Assembly: GCA_024137785.1 (NCBI GenBank) | Contig: JAHRHZ010000025.1 | Coordinates: forward strand, 32,220,024 to 32,284,023 | Source of the DNA: Ginglymostoma cirratum | Taxonomy: Eukaryota | Direction of reading: 5' to 3' | DNA: 64,000 nt | In this document: in pieces, positions 62,010 through 64,000 of the stretch | How the letters are laid out: every line of letters starts with the position of its first letter | Position numbering within the stretch: the first letter of the stretch is position 1 | Program-made: the position numbers and the translations under genes | The notes under the pieces: generated by a model | Told to the model about the DNA's origin: nothing | The model's database searches: none | Seen by the model: only the letters and a program-made list of their open reading frames with translations

Positions 62010-64000
62010 TGATGTCAGAAGTGCTCAGCTAAAATTGACTGAATTTTCAGAGATGTAAGAGAGCCAGCCACTGTGAAGAAAAACAAGTAAGAATTAAAAC
62101 TACGCTGTAGAATTATTATAAATTTTCCACTTCTGGCTGCTGTGGTAAAGAAAAGTGATATGTGGCAGAATCGGAATCCATTCCACTTTTAGTGGCAATA
62201 TTACGAGACAGCTATGGAATTGAATAAAAGGACTGAGCAAATAAGGGTTTGCAAACTTCTTATCATTGCTAGAGAAAGACTATCACAGGATGTTTGCAAT
62301 CGAAAACTCACTAAGATGCAAAGAACCCACACGGGGAACATTTTGATAGTTTTGAAAATGTGCTTTGAGCTCAATTTTATTTGCACTTTTGAACAGCACA
62401 TATTCAACATCACAGCTCGAATGAGAGTGAAGGTATTGATCAGAACATGATGGTACTGACTACGAGCTGAATCCTAAGCAGTTGATCAACTGAAAGACAA
62501 TGTCATCAGAGATAGGATTGTGTTAAACATAAAAATATCCAATGGTGAGAGCGCAACTGCTGAGAAAAAGGAACTTTACTCTCACTGAAGTTGTCAATCA
62601 TCAACTGGAGATTATTAATGGGTGAACAGTCAATGCTTTGTTGAGACAACTTCCAGGTCAAGCAAGGCCAACTTATGAGAGAAAAGAGAAGAAAGAAAAG
62701 ATAGTTAGAGAAGAAACAGTCAAAAAGTCAAGGCAAGAATGAAGGATAGCAACATTGAGGAAGAAAGCACAAGAAAATAAGACATGTTCAGTGTGGAGGA
62801 AACAGTGCTCCAAGGAGTTAAGTAAAATCCATACATCACAGCTGAAACTGGTCAAGGCTTGGAATAGAAATCTTAGATATGCCAGAAGGGGTTTGCAGCA
62901 TTTTGCAAGTCCTGAAGCCATGAACTGCCGAACAAATACTAAAGGATTCCAAAGAAGGTTTTCCAGATCTTGTGTGTCTTCCCGGTGAATGTCACCTCCG
63001 AGTAAATAAGAATATCAGACCAACTTAGCATCTGCCATAGAGATTTCCAGCTGCCCCAAACTCGAGGCCAAAAGACAAAATAAAAGAGCTGGAACAAAAA
63101 ATGCAGGAATCAGAGAAGTGACAACTCCTTCGGACCAGATTAGCAGCATGGTAGCAGTGACAAAACTGGAAATCTGGGAGTATGCATAGATTTAAAGGAT
63201 TTCAAAAAACTTTGAAGGGATCTCACTGCCCTATGACTATTATTGAAGAAATTTTGCCATAACATGCCAAGGCAAAGTTTACCATTTTTTTGTTTTGGTT
63301 TTGTGAGCTAATTAGCAAAACCTTGCCTATATTGTCGTCAGAGTCTAAGCATCTGTGCAAACTCATTGCTGAATATGCAGAATAGGATTGGAGCACAGAA
63401 CAAGAAGCAGCTTTCACTAGAACCATATAACTAGTGATGATAACATCAGTGCTGAGGAATCCAGTGTCAACGATAAAGTCACCTTGTATTGTGAGCAATG
63501 TCCCCTGTAACATCTTTTACTGATATATGGCCTTCAGAGGTTTCTGCATGTCAGTGGCTTCTGGAAACAGAGCTTAATGCATCGGCGCACCGTTCAGCAT
63601 GCACGTGACCTCCCAGTGACTGTACAACCACACAGCTTAGATTTTGATGCGAGTGAAATCAGGCCTGTAGCAATCTTTACTCATCAAAGACAACCAGTTG
63701 TATTTGCTTCTAGGGCATTAACACAACCCGAACAACACTACGCTCAGATTGAGAAGCTTTGACTAGCAATTGGCTTTGCCTAGGAGCAGTTTAACCAATA
63801 CCTGTTCAGAAGAGACAAAGAGACAGTGGAGCCAAACCACAAGCCGTATTGGAGCACATTTCACAAATAGCTTCCAACTACTCTGAAACATCTGCAAAGG
63901 ATGCAATTTTATTTGGAAAAATGGAATCCGGATGTAACATACAACCAATTTAACAGATGTCCAGCATGCTGCTGAGAGTGGCAATCTCTATGACGAAAGT
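62010..64000 (+). mobile_element. Gypsy/Ty3 LTR retrotransposon internal relic (gag, RT, RNase H), runs off the window
   Basis: PBS-like TGATGTCAGAAGTG at 62010; gag-like LKDNVIRDRIVL; RT-like IREVTTPSDQISSMVAVTK and CIDLKDFKKTLK.SHCPMTIIEEILP; RNase H DASE...PVVFASRALTQPEQHYAQIEK..LAIGFA.EQFNQYL. Confidence 0.9.

Overview
Eukaryotic, AT-rich, repeat-dense DNA with two assembly gaps. The repeat content (HE1/V-SINEs, SacSINE1-like SINEs, CR1 LINEs, Penelope-like elements, Harbinger and Gypsy relics) points to a cartilaginous fish, probably a shark (inference from recalled consensus features, no database search). I could not recognise any host protein-coding gene, so the window looks intronic or intergenic. 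Most listed ORFs are chance ORFs or broken transposon frames. The most interesting signal is a set of Penelope-like terminal repeats, often arranged as inverted pairs with 11-15 bp target duplications, that carry minimal hammerhead ribozyme cores (CTGANGA-A-stemII-GAAACGTC). At least three cores look intact. Other items: a near-full-length CR1 with an esterase-type ORF1 and an apparently deleted endonuclease region, an intron-containing Harbinger Myb/SANT gene relic, a clean solo LTR, a Gypsy gag-pol relic, nested insertions giving a relative chronology, a candidate enhancer (Meis, Pbx-Hox and paired Sox sites), and a few unverified non-coding exon candidates. Repeat boundaries are read by eye and are approximate unless a TSD is given.
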